DNA of 64,000 nt from a virus. Lineage: Duplodnaviria > Caudoviricetes. Positions 47,493 to 56,829 of this stretch are shown in pieces (position 1 is the first letter of the stretch; each line of letters begins with the position of its first letter). The stretch covers positions 2,707-66,706 of IMG/VR virus record IMGVR_UViG_2854869019_000002; one strand, written 5' to 3'. The position numbers and the translations under genes were made by a program. The notes beneath the pieces were generated by a model. That model did no database searches. It was not told the origin of the DNA and worked only from the letters and a program-made list of their open reading frames with translations.

Positions 47493-48593
47493 ATGGCTGT
47501 TTTGTCAGATTACACCTCTGGCACGATAACGCTTGCCAATGGTTCAACGGCTGTGACCGGCACCGGCACACTGTTTAATGTGGCGAAGTTTCGTGAAGGT
47601 GACACGCTTCAAATCCAGAACCTGACGGCTGTTATTGCCAGTGTGAACAGCAATATATCGCTGACACTGACCGTGCCTTGGACGGGCACCTCGCTAACGG
47701 ATGCGCCGTATAGAGCGAGATATTTGCCTGACGGCGCGCGGGTAACAGCACAAACTACAACACTGATCGAACTTCTCGGAAACGGTGTCTTGTCCAACAT
47801 TGCTGAACTTGGCGTTGAGGATGGCAAGGCGCCTGTCGGCAATGCGGCGGGTGAGTATGAGTTAAAGTCTGTGCCGACAGATCCGAACGGCAGTCTCGGT
47901 AAGTTGGCAGATCTAACTCTTGCTAACCGACAGGTTTTGCAAACGGACGGTTCAGGCAATCTCACGGCAATAACTCTTTCTTCCAAGCAAATTCTACAGA
48001 CAGACGCTAACGGCTCTCTCACCCCGTTGTCATTAGTCGCTAACAAGATGCTTGTAACGAACAGTTCTTCGCAAGTGGCGCTTGTTGACGATAAGTCCGT
48101 ACGCAACCTTTCAACTACAAATGTCGCGTCTTCAGTTGCTTATGTCGATGTAACTATACCATCCGGCTTTGATGTATTTGAGCTTTACCTAAAAGAACTG
48201 ATCCCAGTTAATAATGCAGTGGCCCTTCAGATCCAGTTCAGTACCGATGGAGGATCGAGCTTCTACACAGGCGCAGATTATAGAACCAGTGCAATATCTG
48301 TAACGGGCACAGCATCAGGTGGTTTTGCTGGTGGCACGATCACAAACAATGTTCAAATCGGAAATGACATCTCCAATGTCCACGGATTTTCAACGAGAAT
48401 TTCTGTTTATCCTGGTAGCCCTATAGGTCGTCCAGCAGTGTCATCGGTCACAGGTCTGCAATCGTCTTTCGGCTATAAACTACAGATAGCGGCGGGTTTG
48501 TTGATCACAGTAATGCAGCGGATCACAACCATCAGAGTATTTTTTAATTCTGGCAACGCTGCCAGCGGGAAACTTATCTTGACGGGAGCGTGA
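47493..48593 (+). CDS. Tail fibre / receptor-binding protein
   Basis: YTSGTI..NGSTAVTGTGT N-terminus; three ~17-aa repeats (QVLQTDGSG/QILQTDANG/KMLVTNSSS). Confidence 0.8.
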   Translation: MAVLSDYTSGTITLANGSTAVTGTGTLFNVAKFREGDTLQIQNLTAVIASVNSNISLTLTVPWTGTSLTDAPYRARYLPDGARVTAQTTTLIELLGNGVLSNIAELGVEDGKAPVGNAAGEYELKSVPTDPNGSLGKLADLTLANRQVLQTDGSGNLTAITLSSKQILQTDANGSLTPLSLVANKMLVTNSSSQVALVDDKSVRNLSTTNVASSVAYVDVTIPSGFDVFELYLKELIPVNNAVALQIQFSTDGGSSFYTGADYRTSAISVTGTASGGFAGGTITNNVQIGNDISNVHGFSTRISVYPGSPIGRPAVSSVTGLQSSFGYKLQIAAGLLITVMQRITTIRVFFNSGNAASGKLILTGA

Positions 48594-48594
48594 T

Positions 48595-48921
48595 ATGGCA
48601 GAAGCTATGAAAGACGGCGAATATGTAGAAGTCGATGCGGCTTGGTTGCATGCCCGAGACAGCGGTGAATTTATTGCTCCTACGCCGACACCGCAGGTGG
48701 TTTCGAGATTTCAGGCTAGAGCGGCATTATTTGCGGCAGGACTATTGCCCCAAGTTGAAAATGCCATTTCCGAGGCTGAGCCTCTTGTGCAAATGGCATG
48801 GAGCGATGCTCAGGAGTTTCGGCGTGATAGCCCTACAATCTTAGCCTTAGCTAATGTGATTGGCTTGACAGAAAATCAGGTGGATCAACTCTTTACCGAA
48901 GCGTTTCAGATCGTTGCGTAA
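48595..48921 (+). CDS. Tail fibre assembly-like protein
   Basis: VSRFQARAAL..GLL, AW..A.EFRR, QVDQLF. Confidence 0.7.
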   Translation: MAEAMKDGEYVEVDAAWLHARDSGEFIAPTPTPQVVSRFQARAALFAAGLLPQVENAISEAEPLVQMAWSDAQEFRRDSPTILALANVIGLTENQVDQLFTEAFQIVA

Positions 48922-48951
48922 TTAACCTATCCCCACAATCGGACCGACCAC

Positions 48952-48986
48952 ACCGCCCTTGAAGCGGTTTTCCGTGCCGTAAGGAA
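48952..48986 (+). repeat. Terminator-containing direct repeat, copy 1
   Basis: ACCGCCCTTGAAGCGGTTTTCCGTGCCGTAAGGAA. Confidence 0.7.
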
Positions 48987-49012
48987 GTACTAAGAATCCA
49001 GCGGAATGAGCT

Positions 49013-50491
49013 TCATGAAAGCGGCTGAGGTGAAAGCAGATTCATATCACCGCTCATCGGTCGAGTTTTATCAAAAATGCGTTCAATGCTATCCGCTACC
49101 GCTACAAAAAAAGTCAAGTATCCAGAGATGTACATGGGAAGAAGATAACGCCATTCCAGTCCTGTCTCCGACAATAGATAGGGAATGGTGTATAGCAGGC
49201 CAAACACATAGACTGCACAAGGTAAAGCATTTCTGTTTTTTAGACAGAAAACAAAACCAATGACCCCCAGCAAAATTGACGGCCAATGCTTGAATAGTAA
49301 TGATGTTTTAAGTGATATAAGTGTTTCCACTGTCCACCGGTACCCCGGAATTATCGGGGAGGAAGTCACGTTGAGAATATTCGGATCCACATAAGGGTGC
49401 ATCGGAAAGTATTCTGCTGAATGTGCAATTTGGCCTCTTATGTACGCGAATTTGTGACGGATGAACCCTGTGGGCGATTCCCATATGAGCATGGGTAGGC
49501 GGTCAATAATAAATTGACCGTTCTTCAAGATTCGATCGAATCCGATAAGCGCGTCTTTTGGCCAAAACATAAGCCCATTTCCACTGTATAAATACAATGG
49601 AATTGAAGCTTCCAGCGCGCCATCGCCAAAAGCGGCGTCATAATACGGTTTCTCTTGCGCTATCAGCTTCTCTTGCAACTCAGAGTTTGAGTTGACAATT
49701 GTTCCGAGATATTGATTGAACAGTGCAAACCTTAACATTGAGCCTTGCTGTTCTACTCCAGGCATCAATACGGATGCCTTTGTACCCAAAGCAAGAATGA
49801 CGCAGATGGCTGCTGCAACAGCCACTCGCGCAAGACCATTAATGTTGTGTCGCTTCCCGATGTAGATAAACCAAACTACTGCGACTAACGGCAAAGATGA
49901 TATCGCGTTATATCGGATGCTTATAGAAATAAAGAATAACAGTGTTCCGATTATCAGCCATTTGGTGTGTGTGAAACCGCTCTTATAAAAAGTGTTGAAA
50001 GCGAGCAGTCCGAACACAGCGAAAGCAAACACCCAAACGTCTGTCCAGTGGACATTGGTATGCACCCATAGCGGCAATAGACAGAGCATTAGCGCAGAAC
50101 ATACTGCTAGTGAAAACCATGATCGAATTGACACCGCAATAACAACAAAGATTGCGGACCATAACAAGGCACCCTGGACGAACGAAAAGGATGCAATTGC
50201 TGCCTCTCCGGTTGACGTTGAAAGAAAAAACGCTCTCTGGATTATCGCCATTAGCGGCGGCTTAATCGTATCATAGTTTTGTGTAACTGCTTGCTGCCAA
50301 CTGTTAGCGCTATCTCGCGATAGAAAACCTGGATAAAACATAAGTAAAAACAAAGTGCTTATTAAAAGCGCGGTAAAAACCGCAGCGCAAATGCGCGCCC
50401 TTACATTGTTGGCATTCTCATGGTGCATAGTGTGAGGCGACCTATTATCCAAAACCATCGTCACAGATAACGATTCATCCGACATACCCAA
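49013..50491 (-). CDS. Polytopic membrane protein, probable GT-C glycosyltransferase (surface/serotype conversion)
   Basis: Many TM helices; YPG.LS.DS, PPLM, WTD, RYN, EWRYL; AT-rich. Confidence 0.7.
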   Translation of the reverse strand: MGMSDESLSVTMVLDNRSPHTMHHENANNVRARICAAVFTALLISTLFLLMFYPGFLSRDSANSWQQAVTQNYDTIKPPLMAIIQRAFFLSTSTGEAAIASFSFVQGALLWSAIFVVIAVSIRSWFSLAVCSALMLCLLPLWVHTNVHWTDVWVFAFAVFGLLAFNTFYKSGFTHTKWLIIGTLLFFISISIRYNAISSLPLVAVVWFIYIGKRHNINGLARVAVAAAICVILALGTKASVLMPGVEQQGSMLRFALFNQYLGTIVNSNSELQEKLIAQEKPYYDAAFGDGALEASIPLYLYSGNGLMFWPKDALIGFDRILKNGQFIIDRLPMLIWESPTGFIRHKFAYIRGQIAHSAEYFPMHPYVDPNILNVTSSPIIPGYRWTVETLISLKTSLLFKHWPSILLGVIGFVFCLKNRNALPCAVYVFGLLYTIPYLLSETGLEWRYLLPMYISGYLTFFVAVADSIERIFDKTRPMSGDMNLLSPQPLS

Positions 50492-50516
50492 TCGTAAACG
50501 ATATCACAAACAGCAA

Positions 50517-50552
50517 ACCGCCCTTGAGGCGGTTTTTTCATGCCGAAAGGAA
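50517..50552 (+). repeat. Terminator-containing direct repeat, copy 2
   Basis: ACCGCCCTTGAGGCGGTTTTTTCATGCCGAAAGGAA. Confidence 0.7.
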
Positions 50553-50634
50553 ACCCCGGCTCGGAAGTGTGCCGAGCCGGGGCAATGCGAGCCTTCCAGT
50601 CGCGTCGTTAAGGTTGGCCCGCATTTTCTTTTAA

Positions 50635-50739
50635 TCATTGTGGCAACCACCACAGTAGAATGCATGCCAAAGCCGTTGCCAGTACGGCACCAGCAAAGAG
50701 CAAGGTCTGATCTGAAAAGGTGAAATTGAAAATTGTCAT
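50635..50739 (-). CDS. Small TM peptide (34 aa)
   Basis: MTIFNFTFSDQTLLFAGAVLATALACILLWWLPQ; ATGA coupled. Confidence 0.5.
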   Translation of the reverse strand: MTIFNFTFSDQTLLFAGAVLATALACILLWWLPQ

Positions 50740-50819
50740 CTGCGATTATGCTCCGACCAGATCATAAAGCCGATCAGGGCGAGCAACGCAGTCGTCATAA
50801 ACCCAATGAACCAACCCAT
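50736..50819 (-). CDS. Small TM peptide (27 aa)
   Basis: GGAGGA RBS; MGWFIGFMTTALLALIGFMIWSEHNRR. Confidence 0.55.
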   Translation of the reverse strand: MGWFIGFMTTALLALIGFMIWSEHNRR

Positions 50820-50839
50820 AACAATTCCTCCGCTCAGTA

Positions 50840-50865
50840 AACGCCTTTAGCGGGAAAAAAGTTCA
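50840..50865 (-). promoter_or_regulatory. EcfG-type promoter
   Basis: TGAAC-N17-CGTT. Confidence 0.5.
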
Positions 50866-51030
50866 ATCACTCTTTAAAATAGAAAGCCCCGACAGGCGGG
50901 CCTAGCCGGGGCTGAGCGTTCTTGAAGCGGGGGCTTCAACCGCTCCCGATCATCACCCCACAAAGTAAGGAAAACACAATGGTCAGAACCATTGAATCAA
51001 ACCCGCTTCTCTTGATGCTGGGCATCAACG

Positions 51031-51357
51031 TTACCTTACTTCGAGAACTTCACCGGTGCTTCGGTCAATAACGACACGCATATCATTGTCGCGGCGGTCT
51101 ATTCCTCGAATGACATAAGAGTTCCTGCGTCGTGAGACACTTTCGACTTCATCCATTCCTTCATCCCGCGCAATTCTCGCGGCTCGACGCTCGCTTATTT
51201 CTCCGCGATCTGGTCGGCGATCCCGATCCATCCTACGGTTTCCATCTGGAACTATTTGAATTCCATTCGGACCGACCTCGATGCTTTGTGCTTGTGCTGG
51301 AGCGGAAAAAGCGACAGCCGACATGATTAACACTGCGATTGCTGTAAGCTTGTACAT
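51031..51357 (-). CDS. Secreted PepSY-like protein
   Basis: Signal peptide AQA-Q; ISERRAARIAR..G, VVIDRSTGEVL. Confidence 0.8.
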   Translation of the reverse strand: MYKLTAIAVLIMSAVAFSAPAQAQSIEVGPNGIQIVPDGNRRMDRDRRPDRGEISERRAARIARDEGMDEVESVSRRRNSYVIRGIDRRDNDMRVVIDRSTGEVLEVR

Positions 51358-51398
51358 GGCAACTATCCGTTCAAGGTTGTGCGCCCACCGTTCAATTG

Positions 51399-51423
51399 AA
51401 CGAGCTCAGTTCCCCTTAGTTCC
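51399..51423 (-). promoter_or_regulatory. EcfG-type promoter
   Basis: Perfect GGAAC-N16-CGTT. Confidence 0.7.
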
Positions 51424-51509
51424 TGTGGCTACTGTCAACTCTCCTAACACTCTGAATATCCTGTGATCGCTGCAGCGCTTTCTCTCGTTTGAATTCCTAG
51501 GACAATCCA

Positions 51510-52373
51510 ATGAACAAAACAACGTTCTTCGCGTATGCGAGGCGCGCGCCTTTTGGCGGCCGTCTCTCGCAGGCGCAGGTTGATGGCACATCTGCTATAT
51601 TGACCGAAGCCCTCAAGCGTAATCTACCCGATGAGCAGATCGCGTATATCCTAGCGACTGTCTTTCACGAGACAGGCGGCAAGATGCAGCCGGTCGTCGA
51701 GAACCTAAACTACAACACTGCATCGCAGATCAAGAAGACATGGCCGACGCGATTTCCAACCGTCGCAAGCGCAGAGCTTTATGTCCGCCAGCCTCAAAAA
51801 CTTGCCAATAAGGTCTACGGCGGACGCATGGGCAACGATAATGCTAACGATGGTTGGCTTTTTCGCGGGCGAGGCCTGCCTCAGATTACAGGCGAGGACA
51901 ACTACAAGAAGTTCGGCATTGCTGATGCACCTGAGAAGGCGCTAGAGCTACCCACAGCAATCCGCATTCTCTTTGAAGGCATGGTGCTGGGTAAGTTCAC
52001 GGGACGGAAGCTGGGCGACTTTTTCGGCAAGGGTAAAGCCGATGCTGAAGGCGCGCGGGCTATCGTCAACGGCACCGATAAGGCCACGTTGATTGCTGGC
52101 TATTACCGCAATTTCCTCGACAGCCTCGTCGCTGCGCGCGAAATGAAAGCGGTGGCTGTTGAAGATGCCAAGCCTGACGACGTGCCCCTCCTCAAGGATA
52201 AGGCGGTGCAGACCATCGTCGCAGCTGGTGGCGGCACGTTCGTGACCGGCCTTATTGGTGCGGTTTCCAATCCATGGGCATTCCTGACCGTTGCCTTGAT
52301 CGTGGTTGCCTTAGGTGGTGGCTTCTGGCTTTGGCATACAGGCAGGCTGGAACTGAAGAGGATGGCGGTGTGA
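51510..52373 (+). CDS. Endolysin, glycoside hydrolase family 19, with C-terminal TM segments
   Basis: LATVFHET, ENLNY, DGW.FRGRGLPQITG..NY, RAIVNG. Confidence 0.9.
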   Translation: MNKTTFFAYARRAPFGGRLSQAQVDGTSAILTEALKRNLPDEQIAYILATVFHETGGKMQPVVENLNYNTASQIKKTWPTRFPTVASAELYVRQPQKLANKVYGGRMGNDNANDGWLFRGRGLPQITGEDNYKKFGIADAPEKALELPTAIRILFEGMVLGKFTGRKLGDFFGKGKADAEGARAIVNGTDKATLIAGYYRNFLDSLVAAREMKAVAVEDAKPDDVPLLKDKAVQTIVAAGGGTFVTGLIGAVSNPWAFLTVALIVVALGGGFWLWHTGRLELKRMAV

Positions 52374-52606
52374 CGTGGCTTTTAACATTGCGCTCCAAGA
52401 TTACAGACTACGCCGTGGCAATCGCTGCGGCTCTGGCCGTCCTTGTCGGCGCATATCTCAAAGGCCGGTCTGACAGCAAAACAGCGCAGACCGCGCGCGA
52501 CGCACAATCGGCAACCAAAGCACGGAAGATAGAAAATGAAGTCAGCCGTCTTGATGACAGCGCTGTTGACGCTCGGCTTGCTAAGTGGATGCGCGACAAG
52601 CGGTAA
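52370..52606 (+). CDS. Inner-membrane spanin-like protein
   Basis: N-terminal TM + YLKGR + helix; overlaps lipoprotein gene. Confidence 0.7.
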   Translation: MTWLLTLRSKITDYAVAIAAALAVLVGAYLKGRSDSKTAQTARDAQSATKARKIENEVSRLDDSAVDARLAKWMRDKR

Positions 52607-52721
52607 CTATTGCAATATGGCGCGGGCGATCTACGCCAGCCATTACGACACATCAGAAACCAAGCGCCAAATCCTGGCAGAGAATGAGAAAATGGAAAAG
52701 CTATGCGGGGTGCGGCCGTGA
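52536..52721 (+). CDS. Outer-membrane spanin lipoprotein
   Basis: Lipobox LSGC; overlapping frame. Confidence 0.75.
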   Translation: MKSAVLMTALLTLGLLSGCATSGNYCNMARAIYASHYDTSETKRQILAENEKMEKLCGVRP

Positions 52722-52746
52722 TGAACGAATTGATGGATATTGAAAA

Positions 52747-53082
52747 ATGACCGGCACTGAAATCATGGGGGCTGTCGGCTTTATCGTGATGCTGTTCGGC
52801 TTCCTGTTTGGCCTTTGGAAATATATCGAAGGCCACATCAGGACGGTGAGATCAGAATGCGGAGTTAAAGCTGACGCAGCTACCGCACTTGCCGCGCTGA
52901 CGAGGCAGGAGCTTTCAGACTATAAGCTGCGTGCGGCTGAAACATTTGCAACAAAGGCCGGGATGCAGGAGCAGACCTCGCAGATCATGCGTGCCATCGA
53001 AAGCGTTGCAAACCGCATTGACGGGCTTACCGAGCGCATGGATCGTGTGTTTGAGCAGAAGACGACGCGGGCGCGATCCTGA
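52747..53082 (+). CDS. Single-TM coiled-coil lysis-module protein (holin-like)
   Basis: N-terminal TM; position after spanins. Confidence 0.55.
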   Translation: MTGTEIMGAVGFIVMLFGFLFGLWKYIEGHIRTVRSECGVKADAATALAALTRQELSDYKLRAAETFATKAGMQEQTSQIMRAIESVANRIDGLTERMDRVFEQKTTRARS

Positions 53083-53122
53083 TGTAGTAAAAAAGCGGTC
53101 TTTGGGCCGTTTTTAAGCACGT

Positions 53123-53404
53123 TTAAGCCCCGGTTAGAGCATTAACGCTATGAGATGGTGATCTATTAGTCCCCGAGAACGGCTTTCTCTTAGGCTTAGG
53201 CAGTAATCCTTCACGTTGTGCTTTTTTCTTCGCTTCTTTTCGGGCCCTGCCTATGGCAGCTTCCTTTTCGCGAATTCGTTTTTCTGAAGGCTTTTCAAAT
53301 GCACGGCGGGCCTTCATCTCACGGAAAACACCCTCACGCTGTAATTTCTTTTTCAAAACACGTAAGGCTTGATCAATGTTATTGTCTCGGACAAGAACTT
53401 GCAT
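53123..53404 (-). CDS. rpsU: 30S ribosomal protein bS21
   Basis: [37 protein letters not shown]. Confidence 0.96.
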   Translation of the reverse strand: MQVLVRDNNIDQALRVLKKKLQREGVFREMKARRAFEKPSEKRIREKEAAIGRARKEAKKKAQREGLLPKPKRKPFSGTNRSPSHSVNALTGA

Positions 53405-53412
53405 AACGGCTC

Positions 53413-53601
53413 CTAACGTCTAGCTTCCAAAGATGAATCACGGGCTATTCTTGCTGCCCTCAACCGATCAGTCTTAGCGGAGGTCGCGGATTTTTCTTCA
53501 TTGAGAATAGACTTAGCTGTGTGATCAATTCGCGACTTGAGCACCTCGGGGTGCTTATTAAGTCGCTTGAAAAGAGTATCTTTTGTGTATTCGGTTATCA
53601 T
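53413..53601 (-). CDS. Small protein of the rhizobial cspA-orf-rpsU operon
   Basis: AKSILNEE....[14 protein letters not shown]; between cspA and rpsU. Confidence 0.75.
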   Translation of the reverse strand: MITEYTKDTLFKRLNKHPEVLKSRIDHTAKSILNEEKSATSAKTDRLRAARIARDSSLEARR

Positions 53602-53961
53602 GGCGATGTTCTCCAAATATAAAATAAAGCCTATGACTAACGGGCTCGGCTTTTTGAACAACCGCCAGCAGTTCGTCTCAGAACGTTTGAAAGTTTTGAC
53701 CAGTCGCGCGGCGAAGTAATGCGCTTTGAGATGTTTCCCATCAAGCGGGACTGATCCAAAGGCGAAATATCAATCTTACTGGATTGATTTGTGAGGTTTC
53801 GTGAATGGTCTCGTTGGTTTTCCATAAGAGCCTCTCTGTTAAATTTATTAATTCAATGAGCACGCAAATAAAAAGGGCCGAGCGTGCACTCGACCCTTTA
53901 AAAGTAAACTTCTTTCAACAGTGCCAGTACATCCGTGGTCAAAGGAAAGGAGAAAACCTAT

Positions 53962-54171
53962 TTATGCAGCCTGAAGGTTGCAGGCCGACATCTTGCCGGA
54001 CTTCATGTCTCGTTCCATATCGTAGCCAATCTTCTGTCCTTCGACGATTTCGCGCATTCCGGCGCGCTCGACGGCAGAGATATGAACGAAGGCATCTGCA
54101 CCACCGTTATCAGGCTGAATGAAGCCGAAGCCTTTTGTGGAGTTGAACCATTTGACTGTGCCAGTGGTCAT
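53962..54171 (-). CDS. cspA: Cold-shock protein
   Basis: GTVKWFN..KGFGFI, AFVHISA. Confidence 0.96.
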   Translation of the reverse strand: MTTGTVKWFNSTKGFGFIQPDNGGADAFVHISAVERAGMREIVEGQKIGYDMERDMKSGKMSACNLQAA

Positions 54172-54597
54172 AATAAACCCTTTCATAGAAGTATAGAGGG
54201 CAACACGCAGTTGCGTGAAGTAAAGTGATAACGATTATTAAAAAGGGGTTCGTTCAGGACGCGGTGCTAAACGCGTAATAAAGCAAAACTCATCAAGAAA
54301 ATATCGATAATTAATACTTAATGCGTGAGCTTGAATTTGTCAAATTATATTTATTTTTATTCTTGAAAATGGAATTATATATAATGTTTGTACGGATATT
54401 TGTTCGGGAATTATTTCAAAAACTTACAACAGGCGAATGTTCAAAAAAAGGTCGGGTGATCCAGATATTTGTCAGACGCTGAGCGAGGTAATTTCTGGAG
54501 CTATTTCGGCGCGCTGCTGTTGACGCCCCTTTCACTTCCACCACAATGAAAAATTGCTGGCCGCCAACCCGCTAACCAACCAACACGAGGAGACTGT

Positions 54598-55893
54598 ATG
54601 TCCAATGACAGACAGCGGGCGAACACGCGCCTCTCACAAGAAGAGCTATTGCGCCGTGTTGCTGCATATCAGCAGCACGGTACACTTACGAAGGCTGCGC
54701 TCGCATGTGGCGTTAAGAAGTCCACCTTTCACGACAGCATCAAGCGTGCGGCTGAGCTTGGCTTGATGGGCCCAAAAGCAACGCTGCCGGGCTACGCGAT
54801 TAAAAGCCTGACAGAGACGCCAAACGGCACATATATGCGCCAGACGAAAGAAGCTGGCCCGGTCTATGAGGCCACGGCCGGTTTGGCGGTCAAAGGCAAG
54901 ACGACGCTTGTTAACAGCGAAGGCCGCATAGTCACCCAGCACATCATGGAACGTGAGGACGCCGACCAACAGCGCGCCACTATCACGGCTATGGTTGCCG
55001 CCCTTAAAGAAGAGTTGCCTCGCGTATCGATCATGCCGGCTCCGAAGGGCCGTCGCGAGGACCTGTTGAATCAGTTCACGATCACCGACAACCATTTCGG
55101 CATGATGTCGTGGCGCGAAGAGACCGGCAGCGATTACGATCTGCGGATTGCTGAGCAGTTGTTGCTCGATTGGTTCTCAGCAGCGGTAGCGCAAGCGCCC
55201 GACGCTCACACGGCCATTCTGGCGCAGCTCGGCGACCTGATGCATCACGATGCGCTTGAAAGCGTCACGCCTGCACACAAGCACGTTCTGGACGCTGATA
55301 GCCGACTGCAGAAAGTCATTCGCATTGTGATTCGTACGATCCGTCGCATAATCGATATGCTGTTGCAGAAGCACGAGCGGGTTCATGTCGTGATGGCGTC
55401 GGGCAATCACGACCCTGCCTCATCTGCATGGCTGCGTGAAATGCTGGCCGTTATGTACGAAGACGAGCCGCGCATCACCGTCGATAATTCACCATCACTC
55501 TATTACGCGTTCGAGTGGGGCAGCACGATGCTAGCCTATCACCATGGCCATAAGCGAGGTGTTGCGAATATCGAAGGCACGATTGCTGGCATGTTCCGCG
55601 GAATGTTTGGCCGGTCGCTACAAGCCTATGTCCATATTGGACACAGACATAGCGACGAGGCTAGAAAGGGCACGCTGATGTATGTCGAACAGCACGAAAC
55701 GCTTGCGGCTCCTGATGCGTATGCGGCTGGAGGTGGTTGGCTGTCGGGCAGATCAGCCAAGCGGATAACTTATAGCAAAGAGTTCGGTGAGGTCGGTCGC
55801 GATATTCTCCGGCCTGAAATGGTGCAGGGTGCTTCGCGCGTGCCAGTGGCTGCGAATGATAATGTGGCAAGTGAGATGAGGGCAGCAGCATGA
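54598..55893 (+). CDS. HTH + calcineurin-like metallophosphoesterase
   Basis: DNHFG, GDLMH, GNHD, HHGH, GHRH. Confidence 0.85.
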   Translation: MSNDRQRANTRLSQEELLRRVAAYQQHGTLTKAALACGVKKSTFHDSIKRAAELGLMGPKATLPGYAIKSLTETPNGTYMRQTKEAGPVYEATAGLAVKGKTTLVNSEGRIVTQHIMEREDADQQRATITAMVAALKEELPRVSIMPAPKGRREDLLNQFTITDNHFGMMSWREETGSDYDLRIAEQLLLDWFSAAVAQAPDAHTAILAQLGDLMHHDALESVTPAHKHVLDADSRLQKVIRIVIRTIRRIIDMLLQKHERVHVVMASGNHDPASSAWLREMLAVMYEDEPRITVDNSPSLYYAFEWGSTMLAYHHGHKRGVANIEGTIAGMFRGMFGRSLQAYVHIGHRHSDEARKGTLMYVEQHETLAAPDAYAAGGGWLSGRSAKRITYSKEFGEVGRDILRPEMVQGASRVPVAANDNVASEMRAAA

Positions 55894-56117
55894 AACTAAC
55901 CGTCTACACAAAGCCCGGCTGCCAGCAGTGCATTGCGACAAAGAAAACGCTTGAGCGTGCCGGGCATGAGGTTGCGTTCGTGGATATCACGCAGGATGCA
56001 GATGCAGCGGCGACGGTTCGTGGTCTTGGCTATCAGTCGTTGCCTGTTGTCGTTGTGAGCCGAACGAAACATTGGGCAGGGTTTCGGCCGGACCTGATTA
56101 AGGAATTAGCACCATGA
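55890..56117 (+). CDS. NrdH-like glutaredoxin
   Basis: VYTKPGCQQC, PVVV, WAGFRPD. Confidence 0.9.
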   Translation: MKLTVYTKPGCQQCIATKKTLERAGHEVAFVDITQDADAAATVRGLGYQSLPVVVVSRTKHWAGFRPDLIKELAP

Positions 56118-56446
56118 ACCAATTCCACATCGGCCAGCAAGTGGTCTGCATTGATTCTGTGGTCGGCTTTGAGCAATATCTCGAGATCAAGGAAGGCGAG
56201 GTCTATACAATCGAGTGGATAGGGCCGTTTGAGCATTACATTCACTGCTCTTATATCGGCGTGCGTCTGGCCGGTATCAATCGCGGGACCTGTCCGCAGT
56301 TCGGTTACGAAAACCCGCCTTTTTCAGCGAGCCGATTTCGTCCGCTTGTTACTGATCGCTTGTCAGCCCTACGCGGGTTGCTCGCTGGCGGTCCCGTTAC
56401 AGAGAAGATCGAAGAGCCGAAGCGTAAGGTGAGGGAGTGTGTATAA
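56114..56446 (+). CDS. Hypothetical phage protein
   Basis: F.IGQQVVCID...RFRPL; near-identical copy at 63006. Confidence 0.8.
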   Translation: MNQFHIGQQVVCIDSVVGFEQYLEIKEGEVYTIEWIGPFEHYIHCSYIGVRLAGINRGTCPQFGYENPPFSASRFRPLVTDRLSALRGLLAGGPVTEKIEEPKRKVRECV

Positions 56447-56727
56447 TGGCCCACAAAGGGCAAACCACCTATTTAGGCGACATTACCATTCACGGTCTGT
56501 CCGCTATTAAATCCGACGGCGGATCGACCAGCTATTACGAGTTGCCAGAAGGTGCGAGCGAACTGAACGACCTTATCGAGCACAAAGGTATGTCCTTTGC
56601 GCTCGGCAACATCTTTAAAGCTTGCTATCGCTTTGGCGAAAAGGACGCTGCCAGCCGCCTGTATGATCTGAACAAGATCATATTCTTTGCGGAAAGGCTC
56701 AAAGCGTTGGAACAGCGCGCAGCTTAA
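56446..56727 (+). CDS. DUF3310-like phage protein
   Basis: DGGSTSYY, FALGNIFKACYR.G.K, YDLNK. Confidence 0.75.
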   Translation: MAHKGQTTYLGDITIHGLSAIKSDGGSTSYYELPEGASELNDLIEHKGMSFALGNIFKACYRFGEKDAASRLYDLNKIIFFAERLKALEQRAA

Positions 56728-56829
56728 ATAAACCTCCCATCGGACGGGAATCTCATCGTCAATTATTGCAAATCAAAAGGACTTCGGATTTCTCCGAAGC
56801 CCTTTTTTAAGATCGTTATCTCTGGTTTG

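Noticed and set aside
47493-48593. Diversity-generating retroelement or invertible tail-fibre cassette
   Set aside because: No reverse transcriptase, template repeat or invertase found; internal repeats are ordinary fibre repeats
51825-51855. GNDNANDG in the endolysin as another ANDN tag
   Set aside because: Falls in the conserved GH19 MGN....DGW loop; likely coincidental
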